A stretch of 64,000 nt of DNA, from the IMG/VR virus record IMGVR_UViG_3300025161_000004, positions 1 to 64,000 of that record. The stretch is one strand, 5' to 3'. How positions within the stretch are numbered: position 1 is the first letter of the stretch; every line of letters begins with the position of its first letter. The notes below the pieces were generated by a model. The model had not been told where the DNA came from, did no database searches, and saw only the letters and a program-made list of their open reading frames with translations. Positions 10,628 through 19,979 of this stretch are shown here, piece after piece. The translations under genes were made by a program, and so were the position numbers.

Positions 10628-11027
10628 AAACGTATAATTATTATAATTATGGATGTTAACATTTGCGACCCAAATTTAAACTAAATCTTTTTTAAATGGA
10701 AATCATAAGTGCTAGGAAATAAATCATCTCGAATCCTCTCTGAATTTACCAACTTTATATTTAAGTAAAGATTTTTAAGAATAATATGTATTAATGTTTT
10801 AATCACATACTATTTTAGTAACGACCAAATTATGATAATCACACACCCCCATCCAATTATACCATACAATATTTCAATTGTTCGTGGCAACTTTTTTAAT
10901 ATTTCTATAACGTCATTATTAAAGACCTTATTTCTAAATTGTTTGAGCGTTATCATTTTTTTTTGCTACAAAGCATATTAGAATATAACCAACAATAAAC
11001 TAACTTTACAAATCCAACCAATAATGT

Positions 11028-11267
11028 CTAAGATTTTAATTTTTTATCTTTTTTAAAGATTCCATTTTTTAGATATTTAGTCTTAATTACAGATTGTTTT
11101 TTTAGTTTAAAAAACTCACCAGACCCATTATAATCTACATCATCAAGTTCTTCTTCAATCTGCCTTTTTACTCTATTCTTTATAGATTTTTTATTAATTT
11201 TCTTACGTTTCTTAGTGAATTTTTCAACTACAAATTTTCCTTTCACCTTTCTTAATGTTTTAGTCAT
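11028..11267 (-). CDS. basic hypothetical protein
   Basis: 79 aa, preceded by a TATTTATA-type motif and the ECF-type motif. Confidence 0.6.
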   Translation of the reverse strand: MTKTLRKVKGKFVVEKFTKKRKKINKKSIKNRVKRQIEEELDDVDYNGSGEFFKLKKQSVIKTKYLKNGIFKKDKKLKS

Positions 11268-11281
11268 AGTATAAATATGTT

Positions 11282-11310
11282 ATTATACGAAATAATAATA
11301 AAAGTAGTTA
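11282..11310 (-). promoter_or_regulatory. putative phage ECF-sigma promoter TAAC-N17-CGTATAAT
   Basis: Exact motif immediately upstream of ORF 11267. Confidence 0.65.
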
Positions 11311-11377
11311 ATATTAACTATCAAATTATTTTTTTTTTAAATTCATTTACATAATAATTATTAATATAAAAAAATAG

Positions 11378-11665
11378 CTAAATGTCATGAAAATTATTAC
11401 CTGTTGGATCAATTCCATTAAGTTGTAATAAATTTAATAGTCTTCTATTTTCTTTTTTTAGATACTCTAATTTATTTTTAATCGTGTTATCAATCTCGAA
11501 TTGACATCCAGAATCATTCATGGCATTAATAATCTTTTGTAAAGATGTTTCGTCACCATCTTTTGTTATTAATGATATTTTATCATTTGTGATCTCATAA
11601 TAATTATCATAATCACCAGTACTATCAGCTTGATAAACATGCGGTATTAATTTCCAATTATTCAT
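11378..11665 (-). CDS. hypothetical protein
   Basis: 95-aa ORF. Confidence 0.6.
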   Translation of the reverse strand: MNNWKLIPHVYQADSTGDYDNYYEITNDKISLITKDGDETSLQKIINAMNDSGCQFEIDNTIKNKLEYLKKENRRLLNLLQLNGIDPTGNNFHDI

Positions 11666-11708
11666 ATTTTTTAGTGTATTACCTTAGATTTAATGGCACT
11701 CTTAATTA

Positions 11709-12023
11709 TCATTTATAATACATAAAAAGCCAATCTATAAAATCATCTAATTTTTCTACATTAAATGATTTACCATTTACATAAATAACTTTAGTCACAT
11801 CTTCATATATCCACCATGTTATATCATCATTAATTAATTGAATATTCTTATCGTTATTTGATATAATATATCCCAACGATTCGATTCTTAACGATGATGA
11901 TTCATCGTTAAATTCAATTAAATCAACACCTAATTTATGTAGGTCATGTATTATTTTATCGTATTTTTTAATTGTAAGTATTGATTTTTTTACAAATTCC
12001 TTTTTTAGCTTTATACTTATCAT
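11709..12023 (-). CDS. hypothetical protein
   Basis: 104-aa ORF with a WWIYE motif. Confidence 0.65.
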   Translation of the reverse strand: MISIKLKKEFVKKSILTIKKYDKIIHDLHKLGVDLIEFNDESSSLRIESLGYIISNNDKNIQLINDDITWWIYEDVTKVIYVNGKSFNVEKLDDFIDWLFMYYK

Positions 12024-12052
12024 TTAAAAGGGTTCAGTTATATTAAGTTTAA

Positions 12053-12334
12053 CTATTTAGTTTCACGTTCTGGAGCTCCATTAATTTCAATGCATGCAAC
12101 GCCTAATGCTGTCACTTTTCGTATCATTTCCATAATTTCCCTGTTACCATTAGTACCTTGTCTTTCATCCATAGTTGATGCCAAACTTCTGGCTTTTGAA
12201 AGATACTCCTCCATCCATAGAATAAACGATGATGGATTGTGAATTTCTTTATTCATATCGCCCCAAAGTTTTTCTTGATAGTCTCTTTCGGTATCTATTA
12301 TTCGATACGCTTCTTGTCTTGTCAGTGTTTTCAT
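12053..12334 (-). CDS. MazG-like all-alpha NTP pyrophosphohydrolase-like protein
   Basis: ERDYQEKLWG, MEEYL and IRKVTALGVACIE pattern. Confidence 0.55.
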   Translation of the reverse strand: MKTLTRQEAYRIIDTERDYQEKLWGDMNKEIHNPSSFILWMEEYLSKARSLASTMDERQGTNGNREIMEMIRKVTALGVACIEINGAPERETK

Positions 12335-12500
12335 AAAATTTATTTTTTTATTTATGGTAATTCAATAATTATAATATCAACACAATTCAAGAGAATTCAT
12401 TTATTCAAATTCAACATAATATGTCTAAAATTTTAACACTCACATTAGTGTGATATTATAATTAGTTAGTGAACTACCCACCCACGCCAAAGGCGATGGG

Positions 12501-13190
12501 TTAGGCTTCGGAAGTCATCACTCCAAGTAAATAATACCTACGTTTAATGTGAGATATTTTACCAGAACACAAACGAGAAATAGAACCAATGGAAACACTT
12601 AGTTTATCAGCAGCATCAACAACCCCGTCACAAACTAATTTCAAAGATTTTTCTTTGTCGAATATTTCTATTTGCTTTTTGTTCATTTTTCTCCCTTTCA
12701 TTATTCTTCTCATTTTTTCTGAATGTCCTTTTGGCATCTTTTTCCCTTTATTCCAAGATGGTTTCCCTCTATTAGCATCTCCTATTTTCTTTTTTGTTTC
12801 GTCAGATAACTTAAGCCCTTTATGTGACTCTATATTAGCAATTCTTTGCTTTTCTGTATATTTGCCTGTTCTTGATTTAGCAATCTTTTTCTTTGTAAGT
12901 TCTGACATTCTACCTTTGTTTGTGCCTCCTAAGTCTAAATTATACCCATTAGGTGATAAACAATCGTATTTTGATATAAAATCTCTTTCCAGTTCATTAA
13001 GTTTATCAAGACAACTAATGTTGTCAACTAAAATAGTTTTTACAAAGTTATCTTTGCCATATTTTTTCAATGCATTTTTAAAAGCAATTCCGCTTCCAAG
13101 ATATGTATTTCTATCTCTGTCATTTATACTTTGCCCAATATACTTTTTACCATTTACGAGGCAAGTTGTTAAATATATGTATCCTTTCAT
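12501..13190 (-). CDS. GIY-YIG homing endonuclease with NUMOD3 repeats and a C-terminal HTH (Seg-like)
   Basis: GYIY, YIGQS, YLGSG and GYNL. NUMOD3-like SELTKKKIAKS and SDETKKKIGDANRGKPSWNKG. Confidence 0.92.
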   Translation of the reverse strand: MKGYIYLTTCLVNGKKYIGQSINDRDRNTYLGSGIAFKNALKKYGKDNFVKTILVDNISCLDKLNELERDFISKYDCLSPNGYNLDLGGTNKGRMSELTKKKIAKSRTGKYTEKQRIANIESHKGLKLSDETKKKIGDANRGKPSWNKGKKMPKGHSEKMRRIMKGRKMNKKQIEIFDKEKSLKLVCDGVVDAADKLSVSIGSISRLCSGKISHIKRRYYLLGVMTSEA

Positions 13191-13195
13191 AGGTA

Positions 13196-13203
13196 CAAAT
13201 ATA
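13196..13203 (-). promoter_or_regulatory. Bacteroidetes-type -7 promoter box (TAnnTTTG)
   Basis: TATATTTG 5 nt upstream of the GIY-YIG ATG, inside the element. Confidence 0.5.
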
Positions 13204-13341
13204 CTAAAAATTAAGACGAGTTGCTAAATATTTGTTTAAATTTTCAAAATGTAAGCGTAAAGGGGTGTCGCTTACATCACACCCACACTTCGTGATGAGT
13301 GTGTTTTACGCTCGTCCGTATAAAAAAAGGGAGTTAGTAAC

Positions 13342-13713
13342 TCACCTTTTATTTAGTAACACTGATATTTTCTCAACCATCTTCCAACATCTTTCTTTTA
13401 GTATATCAAATCTTTCTGTGTGCTTAGTATAATTTTTCAAAAAGAGTTTATTTGCCTTTTTGGGGTTATTAGGATACTCTAATCTTGATGCCATTTCGTA
13501 CATCTCTCTAACATCCCTCATATCTTCACTTTCGGATAGTTCACCAAGATAAAAGAGGATACACATTACATCTTCGCATATATTTTCATATTCCGATCTA
13601 TTTTTTTGTTTATTATCTAATTTACTAAACCTTTTTTCGTTTTTTCGTATACATTCTTTTATTTTTTCTAATTCTTCACAAATAGTTTTTTCATCATAAG
13701 TCAGGTTTTGCAT
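13342..13713 (-). CDS. hypothetical protein
   Basis: 123-aa ORF. Confidence 0.65.
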   Translation of the reverse strand: MQNLTYDEKTICEELEKIKECIRKNEKRFSKLDNKQKNRSEYENICEDVMCILFYLGELSESEDMRDVREMYEMASRLEYPNNPKKANKLFLKNYTKHTERFDILKERCWKMVEKISVLLNKR

Positions 13714-13860
13714 GATAATTTGGGTTTAAAAACAAGGTTAAAATCATTAATATAAGATAGCGAGTTATATCTTAATTATTTAAAAGAACTAATGTAATCA
13801 CATTGGTTCTAATATTTTTACTCAATTAAAGAGTGTTGATTTAACATGTTTTATGATGGT

Positions 13861-15939
13861 CTAAAATTCGAATAATGGGATGCCTATAGTATAAGATTTC
13901 ATTTGATATGTGAAATCTTTTAGTATCTCATCAATATATTCACCAATCATCATTTCATCATATACACAAAGAGAATTATCATCTACATCTTTCCATTTAC
14001 CATGTAAAGTATGATCTCTTTCAATTATAGATGCTAATTTTGTTACTGCTTGCTCTCTTACTACAAGCCTGTTCACAAACTTGTGTGCGTGTTCATCTAA
14101 TTTACTCCACTCATATAGGTCGCAATAATACTTAGGTCTTAACTTGATTCTTTCAAGTTCTTCATGTAATAGTTTTTTTGCTATGTCGTTGTACATATTT
14201 ATTATATTTTTTTCTTTATCGTTAAGGTTGTTTAACGTTGCAATATATTTACTGTTAAATAAACTCGCAAATATTTTTTTAGAAAAATTTAATTCGTGTG
14301 CATCATTTTTAAAACCATAAAAAATATTACCTTTGAAGGTAGTCAGTTCAGATATTTTGATTTTATGATGAAATCTATTACTAGTGAAGTTAGTTGTTAG
14401 AACTGAGATGGTACTATTACTTTTTTTTAGAATTTTTTTTGTTATGTTTTTATTACAAAAAAATTCATCAGGAACTACAATATCATCGTACGCCTTAACA
14501 TGTACTTTTATGATATTTGTTAATTCATTAAAAAGTGCAATTATTTCATTCTCTATTGCAGAGGTTAATGACTTAACATCACAATTAACATGTTTCAAAT
14601 ATGCTATTATAATGTTATCTTTATTACTATAATCATATTTTGGTTTCAAAATATAGAAACATTCATATTTATGTTTCAGGTATGTTTGCTTAATTAGTTT
14701 ACTATTAAAGTTCAGTCCAGTACGGAAAATATTTTCTTTTGTTAGAATATCAAAATATGAACCATTAAAAATTGTCGAATTATTACTGAATTTGTTTGGT
14801 TTTATACCATATAATTTATAGCTATAAAATATGAGAACTAATGATTCATTTTTTATTGTTGATTTTATGTTATTATATGGAAATTTAGTTAGTGAAATTT
14901 TATCTTGATTACTGAATATTTTACCAAGAAATATTGAATTTGTTGGGGTAATTTTTAATTCAAATTGTTTTTGTTTGAATTTCAAATAATCAGTAATGGT
15001 TTTAATATCACCACATTGAGCAACATAAAGATCTATTAATTCTTGTCTAACTTCATGTAGTTTATTCTTTAAAAATTCAATTGTTTCATCGGAATATTCG
15101 ACTGCCTCTCTATTCATCGTAACATTGATATCGCCAATATTTGCTTTAATAGCAACAGGAACTTGCCAGTCAGGTGCGTATAAACCTAACGCATTATAAT
15201 CAATTGGATACGCTACGTGACCCAAACAAATGTGAATATTATCGTAAAGATCACTTCCACGGTATAAAAAGGTATTGCCATGATGAATGGTATAATTGTT
15301 GATATTTGGCATGTGATGGTCAAAACCTTCAAAAATAATATTATCAAAATAGTATAGTTGTTTCTTAATTTCACTCAAAAATCTCCCTAAATCGCCAGAA
15401 GCAATGGTAACTTTAACTTCAGTACCATTTCTTTCGGTGGTTTCGGTTTGTTTAATTAATTCGATTTCTGGTGATGTTTCTCCTGCGTAAATGTTGTAAA
15501 AATACTCGATACCATCAACTCTTGTTTTTACAAAAAATGATTGAGTATCGTATGCCAAGGGAGTTTTAGAACCGATACCAAATGCTCCGAATTGTTCATT
15601 GGTTTGTCGTTTAGTCGATTCAAACAGTACTCCATAAACCTCTTCTATTGTTTGAGGAGACATACCAGTACCCTTATCAATAAATGAAATTGTATATCCA
15701 GTAGACTCTTTATTAAGACGTATTATAATTGGATATTTCACTCCTGCAGCCACATGTGAATCATAGCAATTTGAGGTTAATTCTCTAATAATACTACCAA
15801 TGATGTTCGAATATAGGTTTTTTGTGTATGACCTAAAAATCATCATCTGGGCATTATCACTTAATCGAACTTTGATTTTTCTTTGAGTGTTAATAGATTG
15901 AATATCAGCAGTATTAAGTAAATCAGTTTCTAATTTCAT
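13861..15939 (-). CDS. rIIA: rIIA-like protein (N-terminal GHKL/HATPase domain)
   Basis: GHKL motifs LYSN..IRELTSNCYDSH, DKGTGMS, STK and GAFGIGSK, typical of phage rIIA. Confidence 0.78.
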   Translation of the reverse strand: MKLETDLLNTADIQSINTQRKIKVRLSDNAQMMIFRSYTKNLYSNIIGSIIRELTSNCYDSHVAAGVKYPIIIRLNKESTGYTISFIDKGTGMSPQTIEEVYGVLFESTKRQTNEQFGAFGIGSKTPLAYDTQSFFVKTRVDGIEYFYNIYAGETSPEIELIKQTETTERNGTEVKVTIASGDLGRFLSEIKKQLYYFDNIIFEGFDHHMPNINNYTIHHGNTFLYRGSDLYDNIHICLGHVAYPIDYNALGLYAPDWQVPVAIKANIGDINVTMNREAVEYSDETIEFLKNKLHEVRQELIDLYVAQCGDIKTITDYLKFKQKQFELKITPTNSIFLGKIFSNQDKISLTKFPYNNIKSTIKNESLVLIFYSYKLYGIKPNKFSNNSTIFNGSYFDILTKENIFRTGLNFNSKLIKQTYLKHKYECFYILKPKYDYSNKDNIIIAYLKHVNCDVKSLTSAIENEIIALFNELTNIIKVHVKAYDDIVVPDEFFCNKNITKKILKKSNSTISVLTTNFTSNRFHHKIKISELTTFKGNIFYGFKNDAHELNFSKKIFASLFNSKYIATLNNLNDKEKNIINMYNDIAKKLLHEELERIKLRPKYYCDLYEWSKLDEHAHKFVNRLVVREQAVTKLASIIERDHTLHGKWKDVDDNSLCVYDEMMIGEYIDEILKDFTYQMKSYTIGIPLFEF

Positions 15940-16094
15940 AATATTCTAAAATTATTTTATGTATATATTTTACGTTAAAAATATTGATTTTTTTATCAAA
16001 AATGTGCGTAATTAACATAAAAAACAAATATTTTTTTTATTTAATCGTTTTTAATTTTTAAAAAAAAGTATTTATTTGTGGCAAATTTTGACCT

Positions 16095-16832
16095 ATGCCT
16101 AGAAATAAAAAAATTATTCCAGAACCTAATTACAATATTGACCATACATTAAAAGCAAAATCCGAAGATCCATTATATCATTTGCACGAATATGACGTTG
16201 ATTTGAAATCAAATCATATATATTTAATGGGTATTGAAACATACAATCAAGGAAATGGTCTGGAAGGTAGTGAACCTGGGATTGAATATATTATTGCTAA
16301 TAGATTTATACGTAATTTCAATATGCTAATGCGAGTTAATCCAAATGTACCCATAGTAATACATATGAAAACATGTGGTGGTTCTTGGGAAGAAGGGATG
16401 GCTATTTACGATACAATAAAATCATGTCCTTGGTTTGTTACCATTTTAAATTATACTCATGCCAGATCAATGTCATCTATAATATTTCAAGCAGCAAATA
16501 AGCGTGTCATGATGCCTAATAGTTCATTTATGTTTCATGATGGCATTTTCAGCATTCATGGGACTTTAAAACAAGTTAAATCTGCAATTGCTTTCAACAA
16601 ACATGCCGATAAAACCATGCTTGATATATATGCTAATATGATGAATATTACTGGTGAGTTTAAAGGTCAAGGTATTAGTAAAATAAAATCTTGGTTAAGA
16701 AACCAAATGGATAAAAAGGAAGATGTATATTTAACTGCACCAGAAGCAGTTAGACTTGGACTTGCTGATGAAGTGTTTAATTACGACTGGTCAAGTCTTA
16801 CCTCATATAATGAAGAACAAAAGAGTAGGTAG
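16095..16832 (+). CDS. clpP: ClpP-like serine protease
   Basis: TCGGS..EG, ARSMSS (catalytic Ser), FMFHD and EAVRLGLADEV. Confidence 0.85.
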   Translation: MPRNKKIIPEPNYNIDHTLKAKSEDPLYHLHEYDVDLKSNHIYLMGIETYNQGNGLEGSEPGIEYIIANRFIRNFNMLMRVNPNVPIVIHMKTCGGSWEEGMAIYDTIKSCPWFVTILNYTHARSMSSIIFQAANKRVMMPNSSFMFHDGIFSIHGTLKQVKSAIAFNKHADKTMLDIYANMMNITGEFKGQGISKIKSWLRNQMDKKEDVYLTAPEAVRLGLADEVFNYDWSSLTSYNEEQKSR

Positions 16833-16833
16833 C

Positions 16834-17049
16834 TTATTCTGGAAGCTCAATTTCCTTCACAAATTTTGTCAATCTTTCAATCTTAAATTTGGATCTTACA
16901 ATAAGATCATGAGGTATATTTTTTTTCTTTGCGAATCGATAACACATTTCTCTCCATTTCATGGGTAGGTTAGTAAATGCGATAGTTTCGGTTAATTCTT
17001 CTTTCATTGATTTTGATTTCATTTCCTTTTGTGGTTTGAATTTGAGCAA
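16834..17049 (-). CDS. hypothetical protein
   Basis: Short ORF. Confidence 0.45.
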   Translation of the reverse strand: MLKFKPQKEMKSKSMKEELTETIAFTNLPMKWREMCYRFAKKKNIPHDLIVRSKFKIERLTKFVKEIELPE

Positions 17050-17228
17050 CTCTCATCATGTGTCATTGTAAAATACGCACCTCTTTTTGCGATAACATAG
17101 AGATGATTATTCCAAATTTTGGATGTGAAAGTAATTTCGTCTGGAGTATTATTCATTGATGTGAATATTACAATTGATAATATCCCTAATAATAGTAGTG
17201 TTAGTTTGTTTTTAAAGATAGTTTTCAT
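17019..17228 (-). CDS. small secreted or membrane protein
   Basis: MKTIFKNKLTLLLLG signal-like start. The in-frame extension to 17255 lies within the IS left end. Confidence 0.6.
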   Translation of the reverse strand: MKTIFKNKLTLLLLGILSIVIFTSMNNTPDEITFTSKIWNNHLYVIAKRGAYFTMTHDESCSNSNHKRK

Positions 17229-17299
17229 TTTTATATTTTGGAGCGTAAAACCCATCGGTCTTTAGCCGATGGGATATAAGCGACAAATGGAGTGATGAT

Positions 17300-17710
17300 T
17301 TAACCTTGATTTAATATATATTGACGTATGGTTTCTGGTGAAGCCTCACCAATTGAACAGGCAAAATAACCATCAGACCAAAATGTTTTCTCAACCCAAA
17401 ATTGATTTAGCAAGAACTGACGATGCATACGCCAGATGTGAAACGTTGACTCTTGTTTTAACTTACGAACAATGGAACTGATTGACAACCTTGGAATGTA
17501 TTTAATAAGGAAGTGAATATGATTTACATCAGACTCCATTATCTCAATCTCAAAATCTGACCCATCAGATATGTTTTGAAGAAGTTGCTTCATATCATCA
17601 TTTAATTGACCAACCAGAAGTGGTTTGCGATATTTAACAGCAAAGATGATATGTGCTTTTAAATAGTGTTTTGAGCGATTTGTTGATGTGTAATTTGATT
17701 TTTTTGGCAT
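17300..17710 (-). CDS. tnpA: IS200/IS605 Y1 (HUH) transposase
   Basis: HIIFAVKYRK, HUH motif NHIH, FWSDGYF and catalytic Y in IRQYILNQ. Confidence 0.95.
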   Translation of the reverse strand: MPKKSNYTSTNRSKHYLKAHIIFAVKYRKPLLVGQLNDDMKQLLQNISDGSDFEIEIMESDVNHIHFLIKYIPRLSISSIVRKLKQESTFHIWRMHRQFLLNQFWVEKTFWSDGYFACSIGEASPETIRQYILNQG

Positions 17711-17796
17711 AATTAAGATTTTTTGTAAAAGTTTCCACCAAAAACAAACTTTTACAAAAAATTCGACTTGAAATGTGGAAAAATCATTTTTTTTCT

Positions 17797-17807
17797 AAGT
17801 ATTTATA
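17797..17807 (+). promoter_or_regulatory. phage late-type promoter motif AAGTATTTATA inside the IS
   Basis: The same motif precedes many structural and lysis genes in the window. Confidence 0.6.
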
Positions 17808-17838
17808 GATATAACATTTCATCTATAATCGTAAAGGA

Positions 17839-18348
17839 GTGGATTTAAAAAAGTACATAAGAAAAATAATCAGAGAAGAGTTCTTGAAAGAAGATGTTGG
17901 TGGTTTGGTATTATACCATGCCTCAAATGAATTGTTTGATAAATTTGAACTTAAGAAAGGGTATAGAACACATCTTTTTTCGGTTGAATTGACCGATTCT
18001 TATGCAATATTTTTAACTCCAGATGTGGAGGCAGCAAAGCAGTTTGGTGAAAAATATCTATATAAATGTAAAATCCATCCAAAGAGAACATTGGATTGGA
18101 GAGAATATTTAGACGTGAGAAGTTATGAGTGGCTTAAAAAGCAATTTGGGAATATCATCCCTTGGAGTGCAAGTGAATATTGGATGCTCTTGGATGATAA
18201 ACGTGTAATTGATTATTTACATCATAGAGGAATAGATTGTGTTATAATTAGTGAGATAGGTGAACACGACCAATTTGATACATATGCAATGCTTAATCCA
18301 AATGATATTGAAATTATTGAGGTGATTGATTTGAAAAAAAAAATTTGA
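17839..18348 (+). CDS. ADP-ribosyltransferase-like (ART-PolyVal-like) cargo protein with a phage leader sequence
   Basis: LYHAS..FDKF, AIFLTPD..AAKQFG, YLYKC and YAMLNPNDI. N-terminal MDLKKYIRKIIREEFLKE. Confidence 0.6.
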   Translation: MDLKKYIRKIIREEFLKEDVGGLVLYHASNELFDKFELKKGYRTHLFSVELTDSYAIFLTPDVEAAKQFGEKYLYKCKIHPKRTLDWREYLDVRSYEWLKKQFGNIIPWSASEYWMLLDDKRVIDYLHHRGIDCVIISEIGEHDQFDTYAMLNPNDIEIIEVIDLKKKI

Positions 18349-18830
18349 GTGAAAATCAATCTTCATCAAATCAAGAATATATTGCATATCACTCAAGTAA
18401 TTCAAAAATTGATGAGTTTGATTTTGATAAAATTGAATTAAAACCAAATTCTTCTACAAGAATTGATGGAATATTTTTTAGCAACATCCCACAAACATCT
18501 TGGGGTGATTATATCTATAAAGTAAAATTAATTTCGCAAAATCCAGCAATATTTGATTTAAGTAAAAGTAGATTTGATAGTTTAGGTGTTCAAGAAGCAT
18601 TTGATGCATTATTACGTGGCGATACATCATATATTATTGAAGACTTGGTTGAATATGGTGGTATAGAACAGGAAGATGCTGAAAATTTAGCTGAAAAATG
18701 GAGACGTTCTGATTTGATTGTTATTACAAACCAAGTGTATGGAAAACATGATACTGAATATATTGTGCCAGACCCATATTACAATGGAAAGTCTGCTCAA
18801 ATAATTAATTTGGGTTTAATTGAAAAATAA
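18345..18830 (+). CDS. second ART-PolyVal-like cargo domain, possibly fused to the upstream ORF by a -1 frameshift
   Basis: AYHSS..IDEFDF, GIFFS, WGDYIYKVKL...NP and EYIV. TTG start immediately after an A10 tract. Confidence 0.6.
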   Translation: MSENQSSSNQEYIAYHSSNSKIDEFDFDKIELKPNSSTRIDGIFFSNIPQTSWGDYIYKVKLISQNPAIFDLSKSRFDSLGVQEAFDALLRGDTSYIIEDLVEYGGIEQEDAENLAEKWRRSDLIVITNQVYGKHDTEYIVPDPYYNGKSAQIINLGLIEK

Positions 18831-19979
18831 ATGTTAAAGGCATATAAATATCGCATATTTCCAACAGAAGAGCAACAAGGTCTTCTTGCCAACATATTTG
18901 GTCAAACCAGATTTGTTTACAATCTTGGGCTGGAAACCAAAATATCTGCTTATGCTGGAAACAAAACAAACATTGATTGCTTTGACCTAATTAAACAGGT
19001 GAAGGAGCTGAAAGATACCGAATGTCCTTGGCTCAAGGAAGCACCATCACAGGCTTTACAAATGGCACTCAGAAACCTTGATAATGCATACACCAACTTC
19101 TTTAAGGGAAAAGGATTTCCAAAGTTTAAGAACAAACATGGAAAACAATCATTTCAGTTGCCACAAGGTGTGTTCTTATCAGAAGATAACAAACAAATAT
19201 TCATTCCAAAGCTTAAATTCGTTGGAATTGATTTGCATAGAGAATTTAAAGGCGATATTAAAACAGTTACTGTAAGCAGAACAGTAACAAACAAATATTT
19301 CGTGTCAATTTTGGTTGACAACAAACAGGAATTACCAAAGAAGAAACCAATAACAGAACAATCTGCTGTTGGGATTGACCTTGGGATAAAAGATTTTGCA
19401 ATAACATCAGATGGAAAGAAATTCGAGAACAAAGATTTCTTTAAATCTACAATGCAAAAATTAAGAGTAGCACAACGCTCTCTCGCAAGAAAGCAAAAGG
19501 GAAGCAATTATTATAAACAACAAAAACTCGTTGTTGCCTTGCTTCATGAAAAGGTGAAGAATCAAAGACAAGATTATCTTCACAAGATAAGTAAATACCT
19601 TGTTGATAATTATGATACTATTTGTCTTGAGGACTTATCTGTGAAGAACATGGTTAAAAACCACTGCCTTGCAAGAGCAATAAGTGATATGGGTTGGAGA
19701 GAATTCAGAACAATGTTGGAATATAAAGCTGAGTGGCAAGGAAAAAATCTATCAGTAATTGGTAGATTCGAGCCATCAAGCAAGACTTGCAATTGTTGTG
19801 GATATATCAACAAAGAATTGACTCTTAATGATAGGGAGTGGACATGCAAAGGTTGTAATACCAAACATGACCGTGATGTTAATGCATCAATAAATATTAA
19901 AAATTTCGGGCTTAGGAACAAGTCCAGCGTTGCTCAAAGTGATGGGATACCATGTGCTTGCAACGTAGAAGCCCATTAG
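18831..19979 (+). CDS. tnpB: RNA-guided endonuclease TnpB
   Basis: KAYKYRIFPT HTH, RuvC-I GIDLG, RuvC-II CLEDL, Zn finger CNCCG..CKGC and RuvC-III DRDVNA, all intact. Confidence 0.97.
   Translation: MLKAYKYRIFPTEEQQGLLANIFGQTRFVYNLGLETKISAYAGNKTNIDCFDLIKQVKELKDTECPWLKEAPSQALQMALRNLDNAYTNFFKGKGFPKFKNKHGKQSFQLPQGVFLSEDNKQIFIPKLKFVGIDLHREFKGDIKTVTVSRTVTNKYFVSILVDNKQELPKKKPITEQSAVGIDLGIKDFAITSDGKKFENKDFFKSTMQKLRVAQRSLARKQKGSNYYKQQKLVVALLHEKVKNQRQDYLHKISKYLVDNYDTICLEDLSVKNMVKNHCLARAISDMGWREFRTMLEYKAEWQGKNLSVIGRFEPSSKTCNCCGYINKELTLNDREWTCKGCNTKHDRDVNASINIKNFGLRNKSSVAQSDGIPCACNVEAH

Larger units (their letters stand above)
12469..13319 (-). mobile_element. non-autonomous IS200/IS605-family element carrying a GIY-YIG endonuclease
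   Basis: Minus strand left end: TTAT | acggac GAGCGTAAAA + hairpin cacactcatcac-gaa-gtgtgggtgtg + atgTAAGCGAC. Right end: GAAG + hairpin cccatcgcc-ttt-ggcgtggg + tGGGTAGTTCAC. Same architecture as the IS at 17235-20002. Confidence 0.85.

Noticed and set aside
12589-13227. 212-aa plus-strand ORF and similar antisense ORFs (e.g. 19154-19507, 45785-46234, 48257-48814)
   Set aside because: These are shadow ORFs opposite well-supported genes, with F/L/S-rich composition.
12469-13319. GIY-YIG gene as part of a group I intron
   Set aside because: It is intergenic, no host gene is interrupted, no intron core is visible, and the flanks are explained by IS605 ends.
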